Source: Hypanus sabinus
Lineage: Eukaryota
DNA: 64,000 nucleotides
Direction of reading: 5' to 3'
Assembly (NCBI RefSeq): GCF_030144855.1
Contig: NC_082710.1
Coordinates: 154,132,001-154,196,000, forward strand
The stretch's first letter is position 1; each line of letters begins with the position of its first letter. The notes below the pieces were generated by a model. The model was given only the letters and a program-made list of their open reading frames with translations, was not told the origin of the DNA and ran no database searches. The position numbers and the translations under genes were made by a program. Below, piece by piece: positions 1-13,670 of this stretch.

Positions 1-1137
1 CCCATCCCTAGTTGTACCAGCATTTATTACCCATCCCCAGTTGTACCAGCATTTATTACCCATCTCTAGTTGTACCAGTATTTATTACCCATCCCTATTG
101 GCACCAGCATTTATTACCCACCCTAGTTGTACCAGTATTTATTACCCACCCTAGTTGTACCAGCATTTATTACCCATCTCTAGTTGTACCAGTATTTATT
201 ACCCATCTCTAGTTGTACCAGCATTTATTACCCATCCCTATTGGCACCAGCATTTATTACCCATCCCTAGTTGTACCAGCATTTATTACCCATCCCTAGT
301 CGTACCAGCATTTATTACCCACCCTAGTTGTACCAGCATTTATTACCCATCCCTATTGGCACCAGCATTTATTACCCATCCCTAGTTGTACCAGTATTTA
401 TTACCCACCCTAGTTGTACCAGCATTTATTACCCATCCCTATTGGCACCAGCATTTATTACCCATCCCTAGTTGTACCAGCATTTATTACCCATCCCTAT
501 TGGCACCAGCATTTATTACCCATCCCTAGTTGTACCAGCATTTATTACCCATCCCTAGTCGTACCAGCATTTATTACCCACCCTAGTTGTACCAGCATTT
601 ATTACCCATCCCTATTGGCACCAGCATTTATTACCCATCCCTAGTTGTACCAGTATTTATTACCCACCCTAGTTGTACCAGCATTTATTACCCATCCCTA
701 TTGGCACCAGCATTTATTACCCATCCCTAGTCGTACCAGCATTTATTACCCATCCCTAGTCGTACCAGCATTTATTACCCATCTCTAGTTGTACCAGCAT
801 TTATTACCCATCCCTAGTTGTACCAGCATTTATTACCCATCCCTAGTTGTACCAGCATTTATTACCCACCCCAGTTGTACCAACATTTATTACCCATCCC
901 TAGTCGTACCAGCAATTATTACCCATCCCTAGTCGTACCAGCAATTATTACCCATCCCTAGTTGTACCAGTATTTATTACCCACCCTAGTTGTACCAGCA
1001 TTTATTACCCACCCCAGTTGTACCAGCATTTATAACCCATCCCTAGTCGTACCAGCATTTATAACCCATCCCTAGTCGTACCAGCATTTATTACCCATCC
1101 CTAGTCGCACCAGCATTTATTACCCATCCCTAGTTGC
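1..1137. repeat. Minisatellite, 29-bp unit CCCATCCCTAGTTGTACCAGCATTTATTA (variants TTGGCACC, TCGTACC), about 39 copies, truncated by the window start; probably intronic in C4
   Basis: Tandem periodicity read directly; the ORFs at 12-644 are translations of the repeat. Confidence 0.95.
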
Positions 1138-1809
1138 CCCTTACAAACCTTTAGTAATGCACCCTAAAAATCCTATGTGGATGCATCATGGCATCTGATA
1201 TGGGAACTACTCTGCCTGCCTCCACAGGAACTATAGGGAGTTCTGGATACAGCTCAACACATCACAGAAACCAGTCACCCCTCCACAGTCCCTGTCCATC
1301 ATTCATACTGCTTTGATAAATCAGTGAACTCACCACCCCCTCAAACAGGTCATTCTTCTCCCCTCTCCCATTCAATTGGAAGATACAAAAGCCTTGATAG
1401 AACATACTACCAGGCTCAAGGACAGCTTCTAGCCTTCTGTTCTAGGACCCCTGAATTCCCCACAGTATGGTGAGATGGACTATTGACCTCGCCATCATGT
1501 GCTGCTAGATGTGCTGCTTCACACTGCGGGGAGCTGGTGTCAATTCCAGCCTCTGCCACTGTCTGTGTGGAGACTGCACATTCTCCCTGTGACTGCATGG
1601 GTTTCTCTTGTCTGCTCCCTTTCCTCCCATCTTCTGGAAGGTCAGGTGGCTGTAAATTTCTTTGAGCGTGTGGATGAAGGGTGGAATCTGGAATTGGTGG
1701 GAATGTAGAGAGAGTAAGTGGGATTGGTGTAAATGGGTGGCTGGTGGTCAACATAGACTCAGTGGGCCGAAGGGCTTGTTACCCTGTTGAATGAAATTGT
1801 CATTCCATT

Positions 1810-2070
1810 CGGTAATGTAGTGGTTAGCACAATGCTTTACATTACCAACAACCCACGTTCAATTTCCACTACTGCTTGTAAGGAGTTTGTGCGTTCTCTC
1901 TGTGCCTGCGTGGGTTTCCTCTGGGTGCTTGTGTTTCCTGCTACAGTCCAAAGACTTACCAGTTGGTAGGTTGGTCATTGTAAATTGTCCTGTGATTAGG
2001 CTAGGATTAAATCGGGCTGGCACGACTCGAAGGGCCAGAGGGCCTTCTCTGTATGTCAATAAATGAATAA
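1810..2070 (+). mobile_element. tRNA-derived SINE (V-SINE/HE1-like)
   Basis: A-box-like TAGTGGTTAGC and B-box-like GTTCAATTTCC followed by the core GGAGTTTGTGCGTTCTC...GGGTTTCCTCTGGGTGC; related copies at about 1540-1780, 6760-7020 (-), 19030-19310 and 47130-47310 (-). Confidence 0.6.
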
Positions 2071-2336
2071 ATTTTGACGTTTATAATCTTGAGTTCCCCA
2101 GTCAGAATTTGAACCGTGTGGCCCATGCAACCTAATCATGATGGTAGGCATTCTGCCTTCTGGATATCATGTTCTTAAGCCCTTGCTCCTTGTGCACAGT
2201 GCATAGGAGGGAAGGGGGAATGGATGTTCGTGACAAGATAATATTCAGAATGAGATGGAATGGAAGGACATGGGGGATCATCCATGTGATATCTGAAGTA
2301 ATTTCCCTGAAGAAAATGCTTTGATTATCTTTTCAG

Positions 2337-2411
2337 CTGAAAAATGGAGTGGAGCAGTACATTAGTAGCTACGAGTACAAGAAAGGAAAACTGTTGCTGT
2401 ACTTGGAATCG
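2337..2411 (+). CDS. C4: Complement C4 coding exon (75 bp, phase 0-0): LKNGVEQYISSYEYKKGKLLLYLES
   Basis: tttcag|CTG ... TCG|gtattt; resembles the C4 segment [25 protein letters not shown] (recalled human sequence). Confidence 0.85.
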
Positions 2412-3084
2412 GTATTTATTTTAATTTTATATTAAATCTATTGGTATTCATTTTGCAATAAGTAGAGACATGGGCGACAGCAGATTTTGGAATCTGGAGA
2501 GAAACACAAAACGTTGGAGCAACTGAGCAGGTCAGGAGATGCAACGGGACTGACAAGAGTAGATGGGGATAAAGTGGTGAGGGGAAGGCGTTGAACAAGA
2601 GCTGCAGGTGATAGGTGGATCCAGGTGAGATGGGGATGATAGGCAAGTGGAGGAGGAGAGAGCAGGAATAGTGATGGGCTGTTTTTCTTTTTCCCATCCA
2701 CCTGCTCACAGTCTTCCACCTCCAGGACAGGCATCCAGCCTCTATTGGACTCGCAGACCTCTGGCCTCTGATTTCCCCATTTGATGTGAACCTCGGGCTT
2801 TACCCATTGGACCTCAACATCTGGACTTAAAATTCACCTTCGAGCTTTGACCTTTGGTATTGACCCAGGTGCACTCTCCAGGCCTTGAACGAACTCAATT
2901 GCTTCCAATCTGTGTCCCCACCTACCAACAGAAACTGGTTCTCTTTATGCAAAACCAAGACTCCGCTTATGGTTTTGTGCAGAGCCGATGGCGTCCATCT
3001 CTCTATCCCCTACCATCTCTCTACACAGCCTTTCCACTAAGGAATTCTCTCCACCTGTCCATTGTCCCATGCCAGTGATCACAA

Positions 3085-5945
3085 ACAAGCTGCAAACATG
3101 AGGAAATCTGCAGATGCTGGAAATTCAAACAACAACACACACAAAATGCTGGTGGAACACAGCTGGCCAGGCAGCATCTATAGGGAGAAGCGCTGTCGAC
3201 GTTTCGGGCCGAGACCCTTAGTCAGGACTAACTGAAAGGAAAGATAGTAAGAGATTTGAAAGTAGTGGGGGGAGTGGGAAATACGAAATTATAGGAAAAG
3301 TCCGGAGGGGTTGGGGTGAAGCTAAGAGCTGGAAAGGTGATTGGTGAAAGTGATAGCGAGCTGGAGAAGGGGAAGGATCATGGGACGGGAGGCCTTGGCA
3401 GAAAGAAAGGTGGGGGGAGGGGGAAGCACCAGAGGGAGATGGAGAACAGGCAAAAACTAAATATGTCAGGGATGGAGTAAGAAGGGGAGGAGGGGCATTA
3501 ACGGAAGTTAGAGAAGTCAATGTTCATGCCATCAGGTTGGAGGCTACTCAGCTGGTATGTAAGGTGTTGTTCCTCCAACCTGAGTTTGGATTCGTTTTGA
3601 CAGTAGAGGAGGCCATGGATAGACATATCAGAATGGGAATGGGACGTGGAATTAAAATGTGTGGCCACTGGGAGATTCTGCTTTCTCTGGCAGTCCAAGC
3701 GTAGGTGTTCAGCGAAACGGTCTCCCAGTCGGTGTCGGGTCTCACCAAGGCCACACCGGGAGCACCGAATGCAGTATACCACACCAGCCGACTCACAGGT
3801 GAAGTGTCGCCTCACCTGGAAAGACTGTCTGGGGCCCTGAATGGTGGTGAGGGAGGAAGTGTAAGGGCAGGTGTAGCACTTGTTCTGTTTACAAGGATAA
3901 GTGCCAGGAGGGAGATCAGTGGGAAGGGATGGGGGGGGGGGGACGAGTGGACAAGGGAGTCATGTAGGGAGCGAACCCTGTGGAAAGCAGAAAGAGGGTG
4001 GGAGGGAAAGCTGTGCTTGGTAGTGGGATCCCGTTGGAGGTGGCGGAAGTTATGGAGAATTATACGTTGGACCTGGAGGCTGGTGGGGTGGTAAGTGAGG
4101 ACAAAAGGAACCCTATCCTGAGTGGGGTGGCGGACAGATGGGGTGAGGGCAGATGTGCGGGAAATGGGAGAGATGCGTTTGAGAGCAGAATTGATGGTGG
4201 AAGAAGGGAAGCCCCTTTGTTTAAAAAAGAAAGACATCTCCTTTGTCCTGGAATGAAAAGCCTCATCCTGAGAGGAGATGCGGCGGAGATGGAGGAATTG
4301 TGAGAAGGGGATAGCATTTTTTCAAGAGACAGGGTGGGAAGAGGAATAGTCCAGGTAGCTGTGAGAGTCCGTAGGCTTAAAGTAGATATCTGTAGATAAG
4401 CCATCTCCAGAGATGGAGACAGAAAGATCAAGAAAGGGGAGGGAGGTGTCGGAAATGGACCAGGTAAATTTGAGGGCAGGGTGAAAGTTGCAGGCAAAGT
4501 TAATGAAGTCAACGAGCTCAGCATGCATGCAGGAGGCAGTGCCAATGCAGTTGTCGATGTAGCAAAGGAAAAGAGGGGGATGGATACCCATAAAGACTTG
4601 GAACATGGACTGTTCCACAAAGCCAACAAAAAGGCAGGCGTAACTGGGATCCATACGGGTGCCCGTGGCTACACCCTTGGTTTGGAGGAAGTGGGAGGAG
4701 CCAAAGGAGAAATTGAGAGTAAGAACTAATTCCGCTCGACAGAGGAGAGTGGTGGTAGAGGGGAATTGGTTAGGTCTGGAATCCAAAAAGAAGCGAAGAG
4801 CTTCGAGACCATCTCGATGGGGGATGGAGGTGTATAGGGACTGGGCATCCATGGTGAAAATAAGGCGGTGCGGGCCAGGGAACTTAAAATAATTGAAAAA
4901 ATTCAAAGCATGAGAAGTGTCACGAACATGGGTGGGAAGAGATGGAACAAGGGGGGATAAGACAGTGTCAAGGTATGCAGAAATGAGTTCAGTGGGGCAG
5001 GAGCAAGCTGAGACAATAGGTCTACCTGAACAGGCAGGTTTGTGGATCTTCGGTAGGAGGTAGAAACGGGAAGTGCGGGGTGTGGGAACTATGAGGTTGG
5101 TGGCAGTGGATGGGAGATCCCCAGAGCTGATAAGGTTGGTGATGGTATTGGAGACAATGGCCTGGCGCTCCTTAGTGTAGTCATGATCAAGGGTTAAATA
5201 AGAGGAGGTATCAGAGAGTTGTCGCTGTGCCTCGGCCAGGTAGAGGTCAGTACGCCAGACAACAACAGCTCCCCACTTATCAGCAGGTTTTATAGCGAGG
5301 TTGGGATTGGTGCAGAGGGAGCGGAGAGCAGAGCGTTCGGAAGGAGTGAGGTTGGAATTGGAACAGGGTGCAGAGAAATCGAGACAGTTGATGTCCCATT
5401 GGCAATTAGCAATAAAGAGATCCAGAGCAGGCAGAAGACCAGAGCGGGGTGTCCATGAAGAGGAGGAGGGTTGATGATGGGAGAAGGGGTCATCGGTGGG
5501 TGTAGGAGAGTCCTTGTCAAAGAAGTAAGCTCGGAGACGGAGCGGGTGTGAGAAGAGTTCAGAGTCATGGCGTACGCGGAACTCGCTGAGGTGTGGGCGA
5601 AGGGGGACAAAGGTGAGGCCCTTACTGAGGACAGAGCGCTCTGCCTCAGAGAGTTGAAGGTCGGAGGGGATGGTAAAGACCCGGCACGGATGAGAGATGG
5701 GATCGGAGGGAGAGGGAGGCTGGTAGTGTCAGTGGAGAAGGAAGGGTTGGGGTGAGAGGAAGATGGAGCCTCTGAGGGCCCAGGAGCTGACGATGGGATC
5801 TGAGAGAGTGGAGATTGCAGAGTGGTGGTGGGGGATGGGGAGACAGGAGTCACAATCACAGCATGTGAAGACCCGGCCTGGAGTTCAAGGCTGGAGTCCA
5901 GTTGCCTCGCACTTCCCATCACCTCGGTAAAGTAGATGGCACATG
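3085..5945 (-). mobile_element. Penelope-like retroelement, degenerate (RT plus GIY-YIG endonuclease, terminal repeat at about 3085-3500)
   Basis: ORF 4322-4906 (FTMDAQSLYTSIP, GVATGTRMDPSYACLFVG, YIDN) and ORF 3498-3815 (HFTCESAGVVYCIRC...GETRHRLGDRFAEH). Confidence 0.9.
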
Positions 5946-6558
5946 TCATCAGAGACCCTACCCAGTGTGGAAGTTCTCATGTCGCCCCACTCCCATCAGG
6001 TAGAAGCTACGGAAGTCTAAAAGCATGTCCCACCAGGCTCAAGGACAGCTTCTGCTCTGCTGTTATTAGACTATTGAACTGTTCCCTAGTACAATAAGAT
6101 GGACCCTTGACCTCACAACCAACCCTGTTATGGCCCTTGAATTATATTGTCTGCCTGCATAGCACTTTCTGTCTAACTGTAGTACTTAACTCCCTATTCT
6201 GTTACTGATTTCCCTTGTACTGCCTCAATGTCGATGTAGTGGTCTGATATCAGTACGTGACAATAATAAACCAACCTTCCACTTTCCTCACTGAGAGAGT
6301 ATTCGCTATGTCAGGTTTCCAGTGTACCTCAGTACGTGACAGTGACAAACTGATTGATGACCTGCCCCACCGACGGTATTCCCTACCTTTGTACTCTGTG
6401 CCACAGGATGCAAGACGAATGTACATGAGAATAATAGACCAATGCAGAAGTCCAGGATTGAATTTACAGATGCGCTCTCCCCATGGGAAATCCAACTTTG
6501 ATTGCCCGAGTCGTGCTTTCACCTGTCTCATTGCTGTGAATCTGCTTCTGTTCTCCAG

Positions 6559-6661
6559 ATCCAAGAAAGCGAAACGTGTATCATCTTTCCAGCCAAGCAG
6601 ATCGTACCTCTGGGCTTGATGCAGCCTGCGCATGCCACGCTATACGACTTTTATGACCCAA
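6559..6661 (+). CDS. C4: Complement C4 coding exon (103 bp): IQESETCIIFPAKQIVPLGLMQPAHATLYDFYDP
   Basis: ttctccag|ATC ... CCA A|gtaagt; GLxQPAxATLYDxYxP motif of C3/C4/C5. Confidence 0.93.
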
Positions 6662-7899
6662 GTAAGTTGGAGCTTTTTTAAAGAGTCTGGTCAGTACACT
6701 TTGTAGGGATTTACTTCCTGCAATACAGTTCAGTGGATACTGGATCTGAACAGAGGAACACCCACCCCCCAGCTTCATACCTTCTCTCCTTATCTCCCTG
6801 CATCTCTGCAGCTTAGCTAACATTCCCATCAACTGAATTATTTTTCCCTTCACTGACACACAAGGGGCAGTTAACCCACCAACCCATACATTGCTGATAT
6901 GCAGGAGGAAACCAGAGCTCCTAAAGGAAACCCATGTTGTCACAAAGAGAACGTGCAAACTCCACACAGACAGCGCTGGAGGACAGAATTGAACCCAGGT
7001 CCCTGGGGCTGCGACATAGCGACTGGATCACAGATGATGAGTATCCTTTGATTCAGGAAGGCCTGCCTCTGTGTCATCAGCTGCCACAGTATATAGTCAG
7101 GCTTCCAATGGTACCGACGGCCAGACCTGCCTTGGGGGAAGGGGGATAGTTGGGCAACTCTGAGTCATGGGTTGGGGTGCGGTCATCCCCTTAAACATGT
7201 CACCACTAAGCCTTGTTTGTGGTATCTTTCTTACCATACATAAGCTGACTTTCCTGCTTTTACACGAGTCAACACAAAGTACAATGAGCTAAGGTGAGGG
7301 TGTGTGAAAGAAGGGTCTCCTTCTGATTGAAATGCTGTCACAGCATGGAAATGGGTTCTTCAGTCTGTTGGCTCTCTTGTTTATTTTCTGATCCTTCGCG
7401 TTCCTCTGGGAGTCAGGAATGACGAGCAGACGCAGTTTATTTTAGAGTTCAAACAAACATGCAAATAGTAAACAGACTAAATAAAGAGCTGAGAAACTAT
7501 GCTAAGGAGTGAATGAATGACAAAATGTGAAGACAAAAGAATAAAGAAGCAAAGATGGCACCTCTGAAAAAGCCATCACATTTATAGATAAGGAAAATTC
7601 CTTAGATAGGAATAAACCACTTAATACGCTACATCATTCAATGTGCAAATACTTAGCCAATGAAGTACGAGGAAGGTAATAAACCGTCAGTTTAGCTGCT
7701 GTATTGCAATCTGCCACTGAATGGGGATGAACCTCTACACACTATAAAAAAAACATGAGGTTTTTAAAAAGTATAAATCTTATAAAAAGAATGATTAAAA
7801 ACACAATGGTTTCCAACTGATCCATGCCAACCAAAGTTCCCATTTACTTGTGTTTGGTCCATGTCTCTCTAAACCTTTCCTATTCATGAAAGGGAGGAG

Positions 7900-8400
7900 T
7901 TCATCTTGTCCTTACTTATCACCTCCTGAGCCTTCACATCTAGCACATCATTCTCCACAACTTCTGCTACGTAAAATAGGTCCAAACACACCTTTACCTC
8001 GCCCCCGGCCTCTGCTTTCAGCAGGGGTCACACTCTCTATGATTCTCGTCCATTTGTCCCTCTGCACTGATCTCCCTCTTGGCAGTTATCTCTGCAAGCA
8101 GAACAAGTGTTACAGCTGCCCATTCACCTCGTCCATCACCTCCATTCAGTGCCCCAAACATTCCTTCCAGTCAACACTTCTACTGAGAGTCTATAGGGGT
8201 CATCTGCTGTACCTCGTTCTCCCAGTGCAGGCTCCTCTACATTAGTAAGATCGACATAGATTGTCGGAATGCTCTGTCTGCAACAAGCGGAATCTCCTGA
8301 TGGCAAACCATTTTATTAACTCCAATTCCCATTCCCATTCCGACATGTTGGTCCATGGCCTCCTCTACTGCCAAGATGAGGCCACTCTCAGATTGGAAGA
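7900..8400 (+). mobile_element. Penelope GIY-YIG 3' fragment
   Basis: Homologous to 3500-4000 in the opposite orientation (SHSHSDMLVHGLLYCQDEATLRLEEQ). Confidence 0.8.
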
Positions 8401-8404
8401 ACAG

Positions 8405-9085
8405 ACAGACAGTCAGAAATACTTTATTGATCCCAGGGGAAATTGGGTTTCGTTACAGCTGCACCAACCAAGAATAGTGAAGAAATATAGCAATATAAAA
8501 CCATAAATAATTAAATAATAATAAGTTAATCATGCTAAGTGGAAATAAGTCCAGGACCAGCCTATTGGCTCAGTGTATCTGACACTCTGAGGAGGAGTTG
8601 TAAAGTTTGATGGCCACAGGCAGGAATGACTTCCTATGACGCTCAGTGTTACATCTCGGTGGAATGAGTCTCTGGCTGAATGTACTCCTCTGCCTAACCA
8701 GTACATCATGGAGTGGATGGAAGTCATTGTCCAAGATGGCATGCAACTTGGACAGCATCCTCTTTTCAGACACCACCGTCAGAGGGTCCAGTTCCACCCC
8801 ACTACATCACTGGCCTTAGGAATGAGCTTGTTGATCCTGTTGCTGTCTGCTACCCTCAGCCTGCTGCCCCAGCACACAACAGCAAACATGATAGCACCGG
8901 CCACCACAGATGCACAGAACATCCTCAGCATCATCCGGCAGATGTTAAAGAACCTCGGTCTCCTCAGGAAATAGAGACGGCTCTGACCCTTCTTGTAGAC
9001 TGCCTCTGTGTTCTTTGACCAGTCCAGTTTATTGTCAATTCATATCCTCAGGTATTTGTAATCCTCCACCATATCCATAATGCCC
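8405..9085 (-). mobile_element. Rex1/Babar-type LINE 3' fragment with (CTGT)n tail
   Basis: ORF 8570-8797 HPLHDVL...SQRLIPPRCNTERHRKSFLPVAIKLYN is typical of the Rex-Babar ORF2 end. Confidence 0.75.
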
Positions 9086-10249
9086 CTTGGATGGAAACAG
9101 GGGTCACCGGTGCCTTAGCCCTCCTCAGGTCCACCACCAGCTCCTTAGTCTTTTTCACATTAAGCTGCAGATGATTCTGCTCGCACCATGTGACAAAGTT
9201 TCCCACTGTAGCCCTGTACTCAGCCTTATCTCCCTTGCTTCCAACCTGAAGGCATGGACATTAATTTCATTAACTTCCGGTAATTCCTCCCAATTCCCCC
9301 TTCTCTCTTTTTCCATTTCATATTCTGGCTTCCCTCTTACCCCTTATCGGTTACTTGCCTATAATTTTCCTCTGGTGCTCATCCTCCTTCCCTTTCTCCC
9401 ATGGTCCATTCTCCTCTCATATCAGATTCCTTATTCTTCAGCCCTTTACCCTTTCCATCTATCACCTCCCAGCTTCTCACTTCAACTCTCTCCCCAGTCA
9501 CCTACCTTCCCCCTCCTTGCCTGGCTTCACCCTTCACCTCCTAGCTTGTGCTGTGCTGCTAAAGGGATCAGAGTAGGGTAGGACATATACACAAATCGGT
9601 AGTGCAATAAGAACATTGAAACTGAGGAATCTATGGCCATTGTTCTCTGAAAGAGTCAACATATATGACAAGCTTGCCTTCATAAGTATTTTACACAGAA
9701 TGTGGTTGATACCTGGAGCATGATACCAGAGGAGCTGGTGAAAATAGATACAGTTGCTCTATTCCAGAGTTATTTCAAAAAGCGCTAACATAGATGAGGC
9801 ATAGAAGGATAATGTGGGCATCAGGGTAGATGGGCATAGTGGGCCTATTCCGGTGCTGTACTACTCTGACTCCATTACTCATCCAGTCCATTTCCATGGT
9901 GCGTTGCTTCAGAAGGGCTAACATTATCGTCAAGTATGGCTGCATGCTGGCCTTTCCCTTTTCTAGGAAAAGATACAGGAGTCTGAGGGCCCAGGAAACC
10001 AGACTCAAGAACAGCTCTTACCCTCTCCTGAACCCAGCCGCACATTTCACATCCCCACCTTGTGGGGCTGCCACGTTCTCCAACTCCTAACTCTACCTCT
10101 CTCTGCTACTTCTCTATTGTCACATCAGCATTTCTTTTTTGTACTGCTTCAGATTTGCAGTAAAATCACCATCAGCTTGAGAACACACCAACCTACAATG
10201 TTGTACCTGTTGCTGTCCTATAGTGTTTCTTATTACTGTGTCCACTGTA

Positions 10250-10490
10250 TGTGACAAGAACAGAAAAGCCTGAGAAAGTGGTAGATACAGCCCAGTCCAT
10301 CACAGGAAAAACCATCCCCAGCACTGAGCACATCTACAAGGAGTGCTGCCACAAGAAAGCAGCATCTATCATTAAGGACCCCCACCATCTAGGCTATGCT
10401 CTCTTCTTGCTGCTGCCATCAGGAAGGACGATTGGGAGCCTTAGGTCACACACCACCAGGTTCAGGAACAGTTACAGGCTCTGGAACCAG
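10250..10490 (+). mobile_element. Rex1-like LINE 3' fragment
   Basis: KKAASIIKDPHHxGYALFLLLPSGR...SHTTRFRNSY; similar relics near 1150-1440, 14700-15400 (-), 18090-18340 and 40700-41360. Confidence 0.65.
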
Positions 10491-11034
10491 CGTGGACTCA
10501 CTAGCAAACTCTTGAAAGCAAGTTAGAACCCCTTAAGCTCAGGTTCATGTCAGCTACAACCCGCTAGCATATACCTTTATGCTGTCGCATATTAGTATTT
10601 CATTTCTTTTGTCAAAATATTGTACTAATAGTACAGGTATTCCTTATCATTACTGATTCCCCAATCCATGGACTCACTTCAAGGACTCTACAACTCATCT
10701 TCTCAGTATTATTTGTTTATTATTTGTTTTATTGGTATTTGCACAGTTTCTCTTCTTATGGACCTTGGATGTTTGTCGTTCTCTGACTGTGTGTCATTTT
10801 TCACTGGTTCTCTAGTACTTCTTTGTTCTACTATGAATACCTGCAAGAAAATGAATCTCAGGGTTGTACATGGTGACATATATGTACTTCGATAATAAAT
10901 TTACTTTGAACGTTGAAGCCGGAAGTACACTAATCTGTGTGTTAATGGTGGATGCAGACTCAATGATTCTGAGCCTGTGCTGGGATATGCTGACTAAGTG
11001 ACAATGATCTGATTCTGCTTTGGTTTGCTTCCAG

Positions 11035-11124
11035 GTACGAAATGCACGATAACTTACAATGCTCCAAAAGAAAACCCTCTGGTCACGAAGCTCTGTAATG
11101 GCCAGGTTTGCACCTGTGCTGAAG
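11035..11124 (+). CDS. C4: Complement C4 coding exon (90 bp): (S)TKCTITYNAPKENPLVTKLCNGQVCTCAE
   Basis: ttccag|GT ... GAA G|gtactg; the LCxxxVCxCAEG motif marks the start of the C345C region. Confidence 0.93.
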
Positions 11125-11409
11125 GTACTGACAGCCCAATAAGTTCCCCTCTCCCTCAGTTTTGTACTTGTCACTGAATTTATTGTTACATTTTGTACTG
11201 TCTCTGAACAGACCCATTGAGTCAGAATACAGCCAGTATCAGAACTGGCTTACTATTGTTACAAACTACCTACCTATTACTGTACTTATCCATTCAACTT
11301 ACCCTACCTATGCACCTACCCAATGTGCCCACCCCCCACCCTACCTACCTACCTAACACGCAGAATGGGACCTTCAAGCCAGGCTTCCCAGCTACCCCCG
11401 ATTCAACTC

Positions 11410-11615
11410 TAGCCTAATCAAGAGACAGTCTACAATGACCAATTAAACTACCAACCGGAACGTCTTTGAACTGCGGGGGGAGTCCTGAGCACCCAGAGGA
11501 AACCCAGGCTGTCACGGGGAGAACATACAAACTCCTCACGGGCAGTGGTGGGAATTGAACCCTGGTCTCTGGTACTGTAAAGTGCTGTGATAACAGCTGC
11601 ACTGTTGTGCTGCCC
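11410..11615 (-). mobile_element. tRNA-derived SINE (V-SINE/HE1-like)
   Basis: Minus strand GGGTTCAATTCCCACCACTGCCCGTGAGGAGTTTGTATGTTCTCCCCGTGAC, same family as 1810-2070. Confidence 0.65.
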
Positions 11616-12091
11616 TTATTGGACTCTTAAACAAACGTCTCATATATTAAAAGATGAGCTCTTAATCTCCCAGTCTACCATGTCGTGGCCCTTGAACTTT
11701 GTCTGTCTACATGCTTTGCACCTTCCGTAACTGTACAGCATATTCTGCATTGTGTTATCCTTTTGCATCTCATTGTTGCACTTACGTACAGAATGATATG
11801 ACCACAGGGCATGCAAACAATAACTTTTCAAAGTATCTTGGTTGCTGACAATAATAAACCAACCCCAATTCCAATTCTGATATCCATGCCATTTCCAACA
11901 CCAGTACCTTGTACTCTTTGTCTTTCTGCTTGTGCATCTCACTGTTCTATTTTTCTATGTTAACAATTATCGGTTTATCATGGACTTTCTAAGTTTACTA
12001 CAAATTTTGACATTCATTGAAAACTTTCTAGAATTAATTAGTATCTTGTGTAAAGATTTTAATAAGAGAGTTTCTTATACACTTCCACCAG

Positions 12092-12184
12092 GTCCCTGTC
12101 CTAAGATCACACGGATTTTGGAAGTAGACTGGAAGGAAAGTCCGCGGAGTAACTTTGCCTGCTACACTCCAATTGTGGATTATG
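12092..12184 (+). CDS. C4: Complement C4 coding exon (93 bp): (G)PCPKITRILEVDWKESPRSNFACYTPIVDY
   Basis: caccag|GT ... TAT G|gtatgt; FACYxPxVxY is the C4-type motif (C3 has KACEPGVDY). Confidence 0.93.
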
Positions 12185-13583
12185 GTATGTGTGAAGATCT
12201 TTCCTGTCCTTCTCTGCTTCCGTTCAGAGGGTTTCAGGGAAAGAGAAGATGCTGGGAACACCTGCCAAGTCAGTCAGTGTCAATGGTATGTAATGGGTGT
12301 GGGTGGGGGGGGTGGAGAGCACAGCACTACCACTTCCTCTGGCAGCTCCTTCCACATACCCACCACCCTCTGGGTGAAAACATTTGATGCTGGAGCTCTG
12401 AAATAAAGCCAGAAAATGCTGGGGACATTCAGCAGGTCAGGCAGTAGCTGTGGAAGGAGAAACAGTAAATGTTTCGGATTGAAGTCGCCCGTTCTGATGA
12501 AAGGTCATCAACCTGTAATGTTAAGTCTCTCTCACTCTCTCCACAGATGCTGCCTGACCTGTTGTGTGTTTCCAGTATTTTCTCCTTTTATCAGCCTTTC
12601 AGACAGTTCAATCGGGCAATGAATCCTGCTACACGTGGTGTTTTCTGTGGATCAGATACCTAGATATGAACACAATATAATCAGACTGTCAAGTTAGAAA
12701 TGGAATCTTCCCCCTAAACACGCAGTTCTCCCAAGTTACACAGGCAATAATGCTGCCGTCTTATCAGATACTGAATAGAACATCGAAAATCAAATACGGA
12801 TACATCCCTCTGGCCCAGGAAGCCAAAACTAATGGAACTAATCCCTTCTGCCTGCACGTGGTCCATGTCCCTCCATTCTCTGCACATGCTTGTACCTGCC
12901 TTCGGAGCCTGGTAACACCTCTACCGTGTCTACCTCCACCACCATTCCAGGCACCCACTTCACTCTGCCCCGCACCCCTCCTGTGCTCTCTCGCCTGAAG
13001 TGCATCCCCTCTAATATTAGACATTTGACCCAGGGAGAAAAAAGATGCTGATTGCCTACTCTGTCTATTCCACCCATAGTTTTAAATGCTTCCATCAGAA
13101 AACCACTCGGCCTCTGCTACTCCAGAAAAAACAACCTTGTCGAACCTGAGCAAGTTTGTCAAACTACTCCTTATAGCACATGCCAGCTAATCCAGCCTTC
13201 ATCCGGTTAACCACTTCTGCACCAAAGCCTCCACATCCTTCCGATAATGGACACAGAAAAATTGAATCCTCCCACTACACAGGCAGTTCTTCAGCAGGAA
13301 AAGAAAAATTAAAGATCCAAAAACAGTTGTACCAGGATGCTCTCAGAATATCATGTTAGAAACGGAATCTCCTCACTGTCATCCATACAAGGAATATGAA
13401 GCTTCATAACAACAGCATTTCCACCTTCCCATCAGACTGTCAGTCCGTCCCACACTAGATCATATAGTTTCTCCATAGGAAGAGAATAGAAGTCAAAATG
13501 TGTCACATGATTGAGAATGATGGGTGAAACGCTATCACCTTGCTGCATTTTTCTGACACACTTTCCTTCCAATTGTCGTTCAG

Positions 13584-13670
13584 TCTACAGGGCACAGCTT
13601 GTGAATCAGACCTCGCTGGGGTACTTTGACAGTTACATCATGTCCATCAATGATGTTTTCAAGACCCACG
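13584..13670 (+). CDS. C4: Complement C4 coding exon (87 bp): (V)YRAQLVNQTSLGYFDSYIMSINDVFKTH
   Basis: gttcag|TC ... CAC G|gtgagt; phase 1-1, fits between the neighbouring exons. Confidence 0.88.

Noticed and set aside
1-1137. CRISPR-like regular 29-bp repeats and short ORFs
   Set aside because: No unique spacers, eukaryotic context, no cas genes; a simple tandem repeat
2125-2205. MMVGILPSGYHVLK resembling the C4 TLLSGF exon
   Set aside because: No convincing splice sites and an in-frame stop follows; the true exon is probably upstream of the window
5290-5949. 219-aa Ser/Pro-rich ORF as an independent gene
   Set aside because: Contiguous with the Penelope RT frame; part of the element
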